A stretch of DNA of 64,000 nucleotides from Octopus vulgaris (taxonomy: Eukaryota), in NCBI GenBank assembly GCA_951406725.2, contig OX597815.1:3968001-4032000 (forward strand), given 5' to 3'. Below, piece after piece: positions 42,243 to 56,063 of this stretch (the first letter of the stretch is position 1; every line of letters begins with the position of its first letter). A model generated the notes under the pieces. That model made no database searches. It had not been told where the DNA came from and saw nothing but the letters and a program-made list of their open reading frames with translations. Position numbers and translations under genes: made by a program.

Positions 42243-42290
42243 GTATGTGCGTGTGTGTGTGTACCATTGTGCGCGGCGCCTGTGTTTGTG
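42113..42290. repeat. Inverted duplication across a TA-rich spacer
   Basis: CACAAACACAGGCGCCGCGCACAATGGTACACAC / GTGTGTACCATTGTGCGCGGCGCCTGTGTTTGTG. Confidence 0.9.
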
Positions 42291-43026
42291 CGCGCGTGCG
42301 CGTGTGTGCATGTTACTTTGCACCCTCTCACTTTCCTTCATTACAGCCGTGCACACACACTCACGTGCTTATATAAACAGATAGAGAGAGAGAGATAGAG
42401 ACAGACAGACAGACAGACACACACACACACACACACATATCCACAAATATATGAAATGGTATAGTTGTTGTTAATTTGGCGGCGATGACGATGAAGATCC
42501 TCACATCTCCTGGTGTGGTCCAGCATTTATAAAGTCCGTTTCTAATCCCCATCCCTATCTCCCACCCCTATCTCCCACCCCTATCTCCCACCCCTGTCTC
42601 CCACCCCATCTGTGACTCTCCTCAGTTAACCCCGTCTTGAAAATTATCCACCATCCACAACACCACCTCCAGCAGCATCCCTACCGCCGCAACCAACGTC
42701 CTAGTACCACCACCACCACCGCCATCATCAACACCAGTATCACCCCCACCAACATTGCCGTGATCGCCACGACCATCGCCACTGAAGGAGGGTTAATGTA
42801 TAAATTGGCTATAGTTTCTGTACTTATGATCAACATCGCCCAAATCCTTTCGGTTTGAAGAATATGGAACTGCTGTTGCCAGCGCTACCAGGGAGGGCAA
42901 TAGAGGGTCCCGTGTAACACTTGTTAAACACTCATACACGTGTGAGCGCCTGGGTGCGCGCACAAGTACATCTTTTATTGATCTTATCTATAATGGAACC
43001 GTAAACAATATGTATCTATCTATTAG

Positions 43027-43258
43027 GGCGGCGAGCTGGCAGAAACGTTAGCGCGCCGGGCGAGATGCTTAGCGGTTTTTCGTCTGCCGTTACGTTCTGA
43101 GTTCAAATTACGCCGAGATCGACTTTGCCTTTCATCCTTTCGGGGTCGATAAATTAAGTATCAGTTACGCACAGGGGTCGATGTAATAGACTTAATACGT
43201 TTGTCTGTCCTTGTTTGTCCCCTCTATGTTTAGCCCCTTGTGGGTAGTAAAGAAATAG
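43027..43258 (+). mobile_element. SINE family B monomer
   Basis: GGCGGCGAGCTGGCAGAAACGTTAGC, B box GAGTTCAAATT, core GACTTTGCCTTTCATCCTTTCGGGGTCGATAAATTAAGTA. Confidence 0.85.
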
Positions 43259-43276
43259 AGAGATAGACAGACAGAC

Positions 43277-43351
<75 letters not shown>

Positions 43352-43775
43352 CAGACAGATAGATAGATAGACAGACAGACAGATAGACTATGTGATATGT
43401 AAAAGATAATCTTATCCGAACTTTGTTGGTCGATCTCAATACATTTAATTATAAATCGTTTCTATTTCGTTATTTTCCTGGCGGTGCAGACGACGTTCGG
43501 CTGACATAAAAAAATAAACCCCACTTGTGTAGTAATATGTGATTGTTTGTATTAATGTGTAAAGGGCTGGAGGTCAAGAGGTGTTGGACACTGTAGGAGA
43601 AGTAGCAATAGGAGGGGAGAGGGCGCGAGGGGCAAATGTAAGGGGTTTTTCGCTAAAGTTGAGACACGGATGTTAACAAGATAAGCAAAGAAATTAAACT
43701 GTTTAAGTCCAAACACTTGCTTACAATCACAAATGGTAATGGATTTCGGCGCCTCTCTCTGTTTATTGAGCATCT

Positions 43776-43884
<109 letters not shown>

Positions 43885-43976
43885 GCATATATGTATGTGT
43901 ATATATATATAAATATATATATATATATAATATATATATATATATAATATATATATTACATATATATATATATGTA

Positions 43977-44021
<45 letters not shown>

Positions 44022-44053
44022 TATTACATATATATTACATATATATATATGTA

Positions 44054-44092
<39 letters not shown>

Positions 44093-44182
44093 GTATAAAT
44101 ATATATATATACGTATATGAAAATATATATATATATGTATATACATATATTTATACATATGTATATATATGCATATATATAT

Positions 44183-44238
<56 letters not shown>

Positions 44239-44279
44239 AGAGAGAGAGAGAGAGAGAGAGATAAACATGCATATATGTA

Positions 44280-44317
<38 letters not shown>

Positions 44318-44751
44318 AAATATAATATAAAATATTATCTGTATACATATGTATATATATATATATGTGTGTGTGTGTTTGTGTCTCTGTGTGTGTGTGT
44401 CTCTGTGTGTGTGTGTCTCTGTGTGTGTGTTTGTATATATATATATATATATACACACACACATATATGTATTAACATATGTATAAATATACACATATAT
44501 ATTCACATATGTATAAATACACACACACGCATGTATATATATATTTATGTAGATATGTCTATGTATGTAGTCATATACATATATATATATACCTACACGC
44601 GTGCCTATATTTGGATATATAGATGAGAGACAGAATACCCAATACAAGAAGCGGAGCATATTCATTCGTGCGACGATAATTTAACTCATTCTTTGTCCCG
44701 TTTATGAATAATTTATGCATGTATGAATGTATATATAATACTATATATAGA

Positions 44752-44912
44752 CAACGGGCTTCTTTCAGTTTCCGTCTACCAAATCCACTCACAAGGCTTT
44801 GGTCGTCACGAGGCTATAACAAAAGATATTTGCCCAACGTTCCACGCTGTGGGACCGAACCCAGAACCATGTGGTTGGAAAGCAGGCCTCTTACCACATA
44901 GCTACTACTGTG
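44752..44912 (-). mobile_element. SINE family A 5' half
   Basis: Similarity to the other copies. Confidence 0.75.
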
Positions 44913-44953
<41 letters not shown>

Positions 44954-44959
44954 AATTAA

Positions 44960-45646
44960 TAAATAAAACATAGGCATATATACATACATATATGTACGTA
45001 CCTACCTCTACATGTATATATACATGCACATATGGGTACAGGACACCAAAAAAAACGTCGAACACAATGAGAAACGAAAACATAAACACAAAACCAAGGC
45101 ACTGGACATTTTTCTTAAACAACGAAAAAATAGAGTACAGGAGAAATAACACAAGGAAAATTCCCCTTCTTCAGTCGCCATGGTTTTATCTACTCTGCGT
45201 TTCGAAGGTGAAGGCGATACGCATCTTTGATAGAAACTTTCCTTCCCGCGAAAAGCAAATTAAATAAAATTTGAGATCTTTTTGCGGAGGGGTAAAAATG
45301 GTAACAAAAACAGGACAGTAACGACAGTACAAAATATAAACAGTAAAAGACAGGACAAGGAGAATAACAAGACAAGAAGGGCTGTTAAGCCGAACGAGAT
45401 AAAGTGTTACGAACGCTATTTTTGAGAACGGCGAAGGAGCAACAGAAAATGCTGTCTACACTTGAAGGAAGTCAGGCCAGAAAGACAGTAGCAGAGCTCT
45501 CGTCGCGGGTCAACGACGGGAGGGAGGAGGAGGAGCAAGAGAAAGGGAGAGAAAAGGGAATGGTTGTGAGGAAACCAGAAAGAATGAAGAACGAGAGAGA
45601 GAGAGAGGGGGGGAGACAGTAAGGTAGAAGAAAAGGAAACCAGAAA

Positions 45647-45650
<4 letters not shown>
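44960..45650 (-). mobile_element. Family H2 element between (TA)n tracts (probable Penelope relic)
   Basis: Matches 30359-30650 and 31461-31630. Carries GAAAC-GCAGA-GTA and CTGAAGA boxes on the minus strand. Confidence 0.55.
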
Positions 45651-45701
<51 letters not shown>

Positions 45702-45702
<1 letters not shown>

Positions 45703-46900
45703 TAGCTGAAGGTGACCCGCTCTACGCGCGGGTAACAGTGTGGTTGTTAATTTCTGTTGCTTCCTTTCAGCACGTAAAAAGCACCATCCGAACGTGGCCG
45801 ATTGCAGCGCCGCCTTGACTTGCTTCTGTGCCGGTGGCACGTAAAAAGCACCAACCGATCGTTGCCGCTGCGAGCCCCCCTGGCACCTGTGCCGGCGGCA
45901 CGAAAAAAGCACCCACTACACTCACAGAGTGGTTGGCGTTAGGAAGGTCATCCACCTGTAGAAACACTGCCAGATCAGACTGGAGCCTGGTGCAGCCTCC
46001 TGGCTTCCCAGACCCCGGTCACACTGTCCAACCCGTGCTAGCACGGAAAACGGACGTTAAACGATGATGATGATGATGATGATTCTCCGTATTTGTTTCT
46101 CTCTCCTTTCTCTCTCACTTTCCCACTCACTTTTCTTTTCTCTCGGACTCTCCCTCGCTTTCTCTTACTCTCTATCTTTATCTATCTCTCTCCCATTTAT
46201 AAACAACAGAAGATCTTGAGTAAGTTGAGAAATAAAATATTTAGAAAGATCAATCAGAAATATGAGGCAGTGGCAATGGAAAGGTCTGCTTCAAGGCAGA
46301 CAGCAAAACGCTAACATTTAAAAGGGACAAACGAACTTGCGAGCTGAATAAAAATAATAAAATATTGGAAACCAAAGTTTGTAGGGATAGAATCTGAGGA
46401 TATTAGAGTCACCATGGCTGGCATTTCTTAACGACGGACAGCAACGTAGTGACAGTTTAACGGCTGGCGTAAAATTTTGAACTTGATGTAAAAGAAAATT
46501 CGTAAACACCAAGTTTTGAAGTGATTCTTTCTCACGACAGTAGACTCACCATGGCAAGCATTCAAAACTTCTTTATCATGGACGGCAACACATTGATGAT
46601 TAAAAGGCTGGCGCAAATTTTTTAGCTTCATGTAACAGAGAATTCCTAAACACCCGCTCCTTGAAATTTTAATCCCCTTCCAGCCCCATTTAGACCCCTT
46701 TTCACATTTTGGTTAATATAACCCGATTTCATTCGGGTCTATGGGGCCACATTTTATAAGATGAGGAATTTTGTCCTAGAGGTCACACCTTTCATTTGAG
46801 GAAAAAAATAGTTGTCATGCAAACTTGCCAGCACTTTTAACATAGGTGTGCATATTTTCAGCTGAATCGGCCGACTACGTAATGCACACATTATATATAT
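45702..46900 (-). mobile_element. Non-autonomous Helitron
   Basis: Minus-strand 3' end has the hairpin ACCCGC...GCGGGT followed by CTAG^T. Internal tandem duplication at 46405-46655. The 5' end is lost in (TA)n. Confidence 0.65.
45765..46083 (+). mobile_element. Retroposon with (GAT)n tail nested in the Helitron
   Basis: Three GCACG(T/A)AAAAAGCACC repeats, ending in CGGACGTTAAAC(GAT)n. Confidence 0.75.
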
Positions 46901-46907
46901 ATATATA

Positions 46908-46954
<47 letters not shown>

Positions 46955-47242
46955 ACGCATTATATATACAAATGTATACAAATGAGATATATATCTGTAT
47001 AAATTAAATTAGAGATAAAACCACTAATAGGCAAATCAAACAGTGAAAAACCAAAAACAAAAACATTAAAAGAAATATATAATATAGAAAATATAGAAAA
47101 TATAAAATTGAAAAATTTTAATTATTTAAATTGAAAATAAAAATTATTAAATTATATTTATAATTTGTTTAAAAATATATATAATTATGAAAAAGTATGA
47201 AAAAGTTTAATATACATAAATACAGATATATACACTTTCTAT

Positions 47243-47478
47243 ATATACATTATATATACATATTTATATATAGAACACACACACACACGCACATACATTA
47301 TATATACATATTTATATATAGAACACACGCACACACATACATTATATATATATATTTATATATAGAACACACACACACACACACATACATTATATATACA
47401 TATTTATATATAGAACACACACACACACACATACATTATATATACATATTTATATATAGAACACACACACACACACAT
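47243..47478. repeat. Five-copy ~46-bp minisatellite built from microsatellite blocks
   Basis: Unit ATACATTATATATACATATTTATATATAGAA(CA)n. Confidence 0.85.
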
Positions 47479-47871
47479 AAATGAACGCAAGAATATCTGA
47501 TTCATAATATTTGTTCTCATGATTGTGTGTTGTTGGTAGCGATGATAATTCTCCCTATGAATGCAAACAGGTACATCAAAGAACGCCGCCTGACGAACTT
47601 ATAAAGGGAAAGTGAAAGTGAGTTGAGGGGAATACATTAAATAACGGGAGTGAATTCTCAAAGTTATAAATGAAGGGGAGTAAGAGAGGGAAAGGAGGAA
47701 ATAGCGTGAGTGAGGAAGATGGCCCCTAGCAACCACACCTTTTAAGATAGGGATTTCTAAGGTAGCCCACGAGCTTCGTCACCTCATTCTACATGTCCCT
47801 GTAAATTTTGGAGCGAATCGGACGGGATGTAGTAGCATTGAAAGCGATCCAAGCGGTAAAAACGCATTTCA

Positions 47872-47963
<92 letters not shown>

Positions 47964-48202
47964 CGCATATATATTGTTTATATTATATGTATATGTATAT
48001 ATGTTTGAGTGTGTGTGTGGGCGTTTGATTTGCTTTTTACCGTAGCTGATAGCGATTTGAGCTAAATTCTCTCTGTAAAAAGAAACGATTGGCAGAAGAA
48101 CGGTGAGGAAAGGTAGTGTGTGCCACACAAGCTCCACATGACACACACTTTTCACAATCAAATATGAATCCAGTTGAAAATGTATGCATGTATGCATATA
48201 TG

Positions 48203-48237
<35 letters not shown>

Positions 48238-48278
48238 ATGTATATATATGTATATATGTATGTATGTGTGTATGTGTG

Positions 48279-48325
<47 letters not shown>

Positions 48326-48623
48326 ATGAGAGTTGTAGCTGTTTGGTAAGAAGCTTGCTTCCCAAATATATGGTTCCGGGTTCAGTCCCACTTAGGGAAC
48401 ATGGTGTTGGTGTTGGTGTTGGTGGTGGTGGTAGCGGTGAAAGTGATGATGAGATGGCGGTAGCGGTGGCGATGGTGGTGGTGGTGGTGGTGGTGGTGGT
48501 GGTGGTGGTGGTGCATGGTGGTGGTGCTGGTGGTGGTGCTGGTGGTGGTGCTGGTGGTGGTGGTGGTGGTGGTGGTGGTGGTGGTGGTGGTGGTGCTGCT
48601 GGTGGTGGTGCTGGTGGTGGTGG

Positions 48624-48654
<31 letters not shown>

Positions 48655-49730
48655 GGTGGTGGTGGCGGTGGTGGTGGTGGCGGTGGTGGTGTTGCAGAGC
48701 GGAGGGTCAAAGGGTGGTTAACCAGACACTAAACTGAACACTGTGTGGTTAAATGAAACCCGCCGCTGCGGTTTCCAGGGTCAGGGTTTCGCGTCACCGC
48801 AAGGAATTCGATGAGGTCGGATCGAATTCCATTATCGATCTTGCTGATCTTTGCAATGACGTGTTTAACATTGGATGGGAACGTGTGCAGATGTGCCGCC
48901 TGTGTTGGGGCAAGGGGCACAGGGTTTATTTAGGATGGATGTCGAAGGGAGAGAGTTTAGAGACGTGGAGAGAGAGAGAAAGAGTGATTGAGGGGAAGAG
49001 AGAGAGGAGGGAAAGAGAGGTGTAGAAGGAGTGAAGAGAGAGTGAGAGAGGAAGAGAAGGGGAAAGAGGAAATAGAGGGAGATAATGAGAGAAAGAGAAA
49101 GAAAGAGGTTTTTTGAGAATGGCAAAGAATGAATTTTGGGAAGAGGAAGGAGGAAACAAATGAGAGAGAAAGAGGGGGTGAAGAAGGAGGTGAGGACGGT
49201 GGGAGAGAGAGAGAGGAGGGGAGGAGGGAAAGGAGTTTGGAGGATTTTAAAAATAAGAGGAAAATAAAAAGAGGTTACGAAGCTGAGAAAATGCAGAAAG
49301 GAAGAAGAAGAAGAAGAAGAAGAAGAAGAAGAAGAAGAAGAAGAAGAAGAAGAAGAAGAAGAAGAAGAAGAAGAAGAAGAAGAAGAAGAAAAAGAAGAAG
49401 CTTTGTTGGGTAGAGGTACTTATCTCCCCTTTTGAAAAGCTAAGGACACAGAAAATGTGTCAAGTCGAATAGGAAACGGTGTTTCCTAGGGTTAAATAAC
49501 AGTAGCATTCTTCCCTTTCATGGGACTCACATTCAGTTGACAACTTTATCGTGTTGCTACATCATAAATCTCTCTAAGAGATTTAGAAATGAAATTCTTT
49601 CTATGTATGTGTGTGTGTGTGTGTGTGTGTACACACACACGCACAAACACATATGTAGATATACTATGTACGTATGACTATATATATATAGATAGATACA
49701 GATATAGATATATATATTATATATATATCA

Positions 49731-50120
49731 CTAGCAGTATCGGGCGGCGTTGCTCAGGTTTGTTTCGACCCTTTAAAATTGGAATTTTCGAAAATTAGAA
49801 ATTTTGCATTATGTAGCTTGTTATTCTCTTTATGTGAACATTTTTCTGGTTGAAATACACCGGAAAATGGCGACACAGCAGTCAAAAAAGCGTAAAAAAT
49901 AGAGATTTTCATAGAAAAAAAGTACCTTTTTGATGTAAATAATTTTTGGTGTTAACATGGTCCGATTTTAATTTTATCTTCTACGGAAGGAAGAGCAAGC
50001 CTTCTTCTATCATACTCTCAATTTTGGTCAACTTGTGCCGCAGGGTCTCGGAAGAGATAGTGTTAGTTGAAGGCTAACAAACCTGCCATACACAGACAAC
50101 TTCAGCTTTATGTATATAGA
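49731..50120 (-). mobile_element. Complete 390-bp non-autonomous Helitron
   Basis: Minus strand A^TCTATATACATAAAGCTGAAG...CCTGAGCAACGCCGCCCGATACTGCTAG^T. TC start, CTAG end, insertion between A and T. Confidence 0.8.
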
Positions 50121-50409
50121 TACATACATATACATACATACATACATACATACATACATACATACATACATACATACATACATACATACATACATACATA
50201 CATACATCATTTACTCACCAATGACATGAAATTAGCTTTTAGCTCCTTGCAGACGGGTGTATATAATCTTCAATACGTGTGCATTTATATTTGTAAATAA
50301 TAAAGTTATATCGATACCATAATATCAAGGGTATTCGGGTAGATATTAATCCGGGTGGATTTATTGTTTCTAAGATGCTAATCCACCCTTTAACAAAGCG
50401 GGATTTTTT

Positions 50410-50845
50410 TTTATCTTTATCTTGGTTCGGTCAATACACTGAGGCTATACTGGAGCGCCACCTTGAGAGATTTTTCGAACGAATTGACTCCAATGTTTCG
50501 TTCTTTTAAAACCTGCTTCTTATTTTATCGGTTATTTTTGCTGAACCGGTAAGTTAGAGACGTAAACACACCAACACCGGTTGTGAAGTCGTGGGGAGGG
50601 CCAAACACACACCAACACACACACACATACACATAAACACACATACACACACTCACACATACACGCAGACACATAAACACAGACACACACACACATATGT
50701 ATACGAGGGGCTTCTTTCAGTTTCCGTCTACCAAATCCACTCTCAAAGCCTTCGTCAGCCCAAGGCTATAGCAGCAGACACTTGCCCAAGGTGCCACGCA
50801 GTGGGACTGAACCCGGAACCATGTGGTTGGGAAGCAACTTCTCAC
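50410..50845 (-). mobile_element. SINE family A (older)
   Basis: Diverged tail, conserved head. Confidence 0.75.
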
Positions 50846-50849
50846 CATA

Positions 50850-50971
50850 CTGTTAAGAAATTTGCTTGCGCCTGTATAAGTGTCTTCTACTATAGCCTCG
50901 GGCCGACCAAAGCCTTGTGAGTGGATTTGGTAGACGGAAACTGAAAAGAAGCCCGTCTTATATGTGTGTGT

Positions 50972-51032
<61 letters not shown>

Positions 51033-51238
51033 TGTGTCTGTGTTTGTCTCTCCTACTATCGCTTGACAACCGATGTTGGTGTATTTACGTCACCGTAATT
51101 TAACGGTTCGGCAAAAGAAACCGATGGAATAAGTACAAGGCTTCCAAATAGTAAGGCATGGGGTCGATTTGCTCGACTAAAGGCGGTGCTCCAGCATGGC
51201 CACAGTCAAATGACTGAAACAAGTAAAACAGTAAAACA

Positions 51239-51239
<1 letters not shown>
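50850..51239 (+). mobile_element. SINE family A, head-to-head with the previous copy
   Basis: AAGTGTCTTCTACTATAGCCTCGGGCCGACC through GAAACAAGTAAAACAG. Confidence 0.8.
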
Positions 51240-51295
<56 letters not shown>

Positions 51296-51306
51296 GACAG
51301 ACAGAC

Positions 51307-51503
<197 letters not shown>

Positions 51504-51681
51504 TGATATGCAAACGCACATACCTAAACGCTTATATCGTTTCTCATCTAAAATGGCGATGACTACCAACGCCCCCGTGTGGCACACTCGAACAATTGTA
51601 AAGAAATCTCTTAATACGAAAGTATTGGTGGCCGTGTTAACCCACAAATAAAGTATATATATATATATATAAATATATATA

Positions 51682-52335
51682 TCAGGTCATCCCATTAGTT
51701 CTGTCCGATTTTACCTTTTTTAAAATTGAATGAAATTTAATAGTATTTTAGAATGTCTAATAGAATTAAAAATTATTTTTATGCATTTGTGTACATTTAA
51801 ACTAATTAAATATTATTTTACAGAATAATAGAATTAAAATTTCTTTGATAAAAAACCCTTTCTAACATGGAAGTATCCAAAGAGCATTTAAGGCACATAA
51901 ATTTAAGGTACAAAAAAAGGAAACTCTCTGTCTATTGAATGACATAGGGACAGGTAAAGTCCAAAGTTCTTTGAAGGTCACACATACACATATTTTCCGA
52001 AAACGGGAAGAACTCGACAGGAAATTATTAAAATTCATTTCCACGACTGAAATTTTTCTACAATTTAAGCTACCGTCAACAGTAAAAACAAAATCCGTAG
52101 TTAATTACCCTCGTCAGAACCTCGGACACAGCACTGTTCAAATATATTTGGGACTTCTAAAAGTGATGCATTTACATTTTCTTATGATGTAGGAATTTTT
52201 TTCAGTCTGCAAGGGTGTAGAACCAACGGAGGAATATTTGTCAGCTTTGATGACAAATCTGACGAGAAAAAAGTAAAGGAAAATATTTGGATTCACAAGA
52301 GAAATGGTTTTACTTTGAAAATAGAAATAATACAT
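51682..52335 (+). mobile_element. Possible mariner-like DNA transposon relic
   Basis: TA followed by TCAGGTCATCCCATTAGTTCTGTCCG resembles a mariner terminal repeat. The second terminus was not found. Confidence 0.3.
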
Positions 52336-52387
52336 TTCTAAATCTCTCAGAAAGATTTATGCAGTAGCAGCACGATAAAGTAATGGT

Positions 52388-52614
52388 ATGTGACAGTCCC
52401 ATGAAAGGGAAGAATGCTACTGTTATTTAGCCCTAGGAAACAGTGTTTCCTGTTGGACTTGATATATTTCCCGTGTCCTTGTTTTCAAAGTGTGTCCTTA
52501 TGTTTTCCACTTTGAAAACATAAGAACACAGGAAATGTGTCAAGTCCAACAGAGAACGGTGTTTCCTAGGGCTAAATAACAGTAGCATTCTTCCCTTTCA
52601 TGGGACTGTCACAT
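52388..52614. repeat. Inverted repeat, ~105-bp arms (outer 55 bp perfect)
   Basis: ATGTGACAGTCCCATGAAAGGGAAGAATGCTACTGTTATTTAGCCCTAGGAAACA is mirrored. A solo arm lies at 49430-49570. Confidence 0.9.
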
Positions 52615-52912
52615 TAAGTTGACGACATACCACCACTTTATGGTTTTACTTTGCGCAAGACCCGTTAATTTCTTGAAGTTTAAAACCAAACGAGAACAGA
52701 TTTTTCTAACGAAAAAATGTTGAAGTCACTTCTCAACTTCCTTTACTTTCGCAACGTTGAAGCTGGAACTACGAATGATTTTTAAACAAAAAGATGTATA
52801 TATACTGACTGATGTTAGTCTAATATTCTCTGCCGCCCGAAGATCGGAAACGTGAAACTCCAGCGATGGCCAGCGAAATACCTAGTTTGCATAGATATGT
52901 ATAAGAGTGTGG

Positions 52913-52998
<86 letters not shown>

Positions 52999-53003
<5 letters not shown>

Positions 53004-53203
53004 TAATCCAAACATGAAAACACAAAGAGAAAAAACAACAACGCGAGGACGTAGAACAAGTGTTATTGGACGCTCAGGAAAGGAAAGAAAGAAGGAGGAT
53101 TTAACGTTTCGAGCTGAGCTCTTCGTCAGAAACATAGGAAAAGGAAAGATCCAAGGAAGGGAAGACGGAGGAAAATAAACCTCCAACGATACACACGCGG
53201 TCA
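52999..53203 (-). mobile_element. Family H1 element with intact hammerhead core (53099-53133)
   Basis: GTTT-CTGACGA-A-GAGC(tca)GCTC-GAAAC-GTT-AAAT, flanked by (TA)n. Confidence 0.75.
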
Positions 53204-53227
53204 TATATATATATATATATATATATA

Positions 53228-53640
53228 CTCTTTTACTCTTTTACTCTTTTACTTGCTTCAGTCATTTGACTGCGGCCATGCTGGAGCACCGCCTTTAGTC
53301 CAGCAAATTGACTCCGGGACTTATTCTTTGTAAGCCCAGTACTTATTCTATCGGTCTCTTTTGCCGAACCGCTAAGTGACGGGGACATAAACACACCAGC
53401 ATCGGTTGTCAAGCAATGCTAGGGGGACAAACACAGACACAGAAACATATACACATATATATATATATACATATATACGACAGGCTTCTTTCAGTTTCCG
53501 TCTACCAAATCCACTCACAAGGCATTGGTCGGTCTGGGGCTATAGTAGAAGACACTTGCCCAAGGTGCCACGCAGTGGGACTGAACCCGGAACCATGTGG
53601 TTGGAAAACAAGCTACTTACCACACAGCCACTCCTGCGCC
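53228..53640 (-). mobile_element. SINE family A, full length
   Basis: Very similar to 10859-11280. Confidence 0.85.
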
Positions 53641-53972
53641 TATCTATGTATGTTTGTGAGTGCGTGTGCGCGCACGTGTGTATATAGTTGCGCGCGCGCG
53701 CGCGTGTGTATAGTGATGTGTGGGTAAGTAGCATTAAGAGCCAGATGCAATATTACAAGCTTTCTCAACAACAACAACAACAACAGCCGCAAGTCCAAAT
53801 ACAAGAAATTCAACTCAACTCCAGCATGGCCAGTGCTACCAGGTGAGTCGAGTGATTTTAATGTCAGCGTGGTAAACGTTGGCTCAACTGATCAAAATAC
53901 CTCAGTCTATTTTAGTTTTAGGATTTGGTCAACTTAGGTAACAACCACCACCAACCCCACCTACACCCTCTT

Positions 53973-54020
<48 letters not shown>

Positions 54021-54450
54021 CACAAACACGCGCGCAAATACATATATAACTCGCTAAACCCGAACCTGAACACGTCCTCTCTCTATGTAACAGTAGGTAC
54101 CAACCAGAGTTGATAGCAAAATAGGCCCAAATCACACGTTTTGGCGAAAAAGAAAAAGAAAAGAGAGAGAAAACGAAGCCAGTTTTATTTTAGAATTTTT
54201 AAAACTGTTCCCATCCCCCCACCCCCATCGACTCCCTCCTCATCCCCAATTTAGCAATTCTAGTTTTGATCAAACATCAGAATTTCTGTAGGGGTCGGCA
54301 GAGTTAGAAGTCCTATTTCCACAGACTTTATTCGACTCGTTGTCGTTGTTATTTTTAAACCCTAATCAAGCAGAATAATCATCAAAAACTTCCAGCCATG
54401 ACCATCACGCCTGTTTCATTTCCTTTTCGTTATTCGTTGTTTTTATTAGT

Positions 54451-54514
<64 letters not shown>

Positions 54515-54579
54515 TGTGTGTATGTGTGTGTGTGCGTGTGTGCGTGTGTGTGTATGTGTGTATGTGTGTGTGTGCGTGC

Positions 54580-54642
<63 letters not shown>

Positions 54643-55034
54643 TGTGTGTGTTTCAAGAACATAGTAACCCAGACAACATTATCTTTTGAAGTGAAGGACA
54701 GCAAAGTTTAATTTGACGGGCTAATTAACTACTATTTCTAGCAAATCGACTAACCATATAAAGACAATATCAGCAACTTTTAGCAATGGCCGCTTTTTAT
54801 TTTTATTTTATTTATTTATGTATTTATTTATTTACTTATTTTTGTTAACTTTACCCAAAGCATTTCACATAAAAATGTCCCCAGTTATTGCGCTTTCTAT
54901 TACCGGCAAAATGCTTAGGTAAGCAAAACTTAAACTATTATACAAACGACTATTTAAAAGCCGCCAACTGATCGAACTGGATGGACAGACTCGATATCTT
55001 CCACCGCTTATTTAATAAACACAGCATATAATTA

Positions 55035-55400
55035 GACACGAGGCCCTCGTCAAGGTAAGGCATTCGGTCTCATTCGCCATTGAAGTAGGCTTGCCGAGGC
55101 TTTCCATCGGGATCAGTCAATTATTTCTTGCAGAAGATATATCCTCGAACCCAGACAGCTGAAGAAAGCCATCAAGGAAGTAGGTGAAGCAACTGAAACT
55201 AGCTCAAGGTGGCTCTGGTTGGTAAGAGACCGCGCATGGAACCCTTCCGTGGGTGAAGACCAGCCCAGTCTTCGCTGCGCCATTCAGGTGGAGCGTACAG
55301 GCTAAGGAGCGAAACACTTGTGACGCTGAGATACCTGCAGACGATGCAGAAGGGCTCCCAGCATTGCAATAGATTTAGAAGATCTAGCAAAATCTCTGAG
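55035..55400 (+). mobile_element. HERO/NeSL-like non-LTR element 3' end
   Basis: FAIEVG/CRGFPSGSVNYFLQKI/RQLKKAIKEVGEATETSSRWLWLVRDRAW, containing the EVGxRGF and SSxWLW motifs of the endonuclease C-terminus. Confidence 0.65.
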
Positions 55401-55479
55401 TAGCTCCAGCGGTTTCTTCGTTCAGAAAAATATCTCTCGTGTTTATTTGACTACCAAAGACTATTTAAAAGCTACCAAC

Positions 55480-55875
55480 AGCTCAATGGACCACAAATAG
55501 ATAAATCAAATTTGGAAACCTTACAGCAGGACCCGGGAAATATTTTAGAGACCCGCAACATAAATCATACTCGCATCACATAACAACAATGTGGCACAAT
55601 TATTTCACCTCAATTGGCGCCGCTCTCTTTAATATTACGCCAAAGCACATTAAAGAAGAAACAGACCCCATAAAGTACAAGATGTCTTTGGACAAATTCC
55701 TTCAAGAAATCCCGGATAAACCTCCTACTGCCGGATATGTCTCCGTAAACAATAACTCTCTCCTCGAGTGGGCCATGTTGTCCGATTCCTGATTTGAATG
55801 ACTTTGCCAGGTGGTGCTATTAAGTTAGACATTGCCTGGGCCTATACCGGCCGAAATCTATCAATGTATCAAAGT
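55480..55875 (+). mobile_element. CR1/L2-like LINE 3' end
   Basis: HNYFTSIGAALFNITPKHIKEETDPIKYKMSLDKFLQEIPDKPPTAGY. Confidence 0.75.
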
Positions 55876-55879
55876 ATAT

Positions 55880-56055
55880 GGGGATGGGATATGTAATTCC
55901 TCCTGGGCCAGTGTATCCTGTCTGTATATCGTTTAGCTTTGTGTGCTGGTAGCGTTGGGCTTGGAATTTCTCTGCATTCAACTGCATGTGGTTGTCCTCA
56001 GCCCACCTGTATATTGCGTTCAACTCCCGTTGTAAATGTGCAATATTTTCAGGAT
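55880..56055 (-). mobile_element. CR1/L2-like RT fragment
   Basis: HLQRELNAIYRWAEDNHMQLNAEKFQ. Confidence 0.75.
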
Positions 56056-56063
56056 ATATATTT

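Noticed and set aside
47590-47620. CTGACGA...GAAA as a hammerhead
   Set aside because: No stem I, stem III or NUH triplet.
47789-47832. CTACAT...ATGTAG hairpin resembling a miR-10-like precursor
   Set aside because: Pairing is weak and the sequence does not match the mature miRNA.
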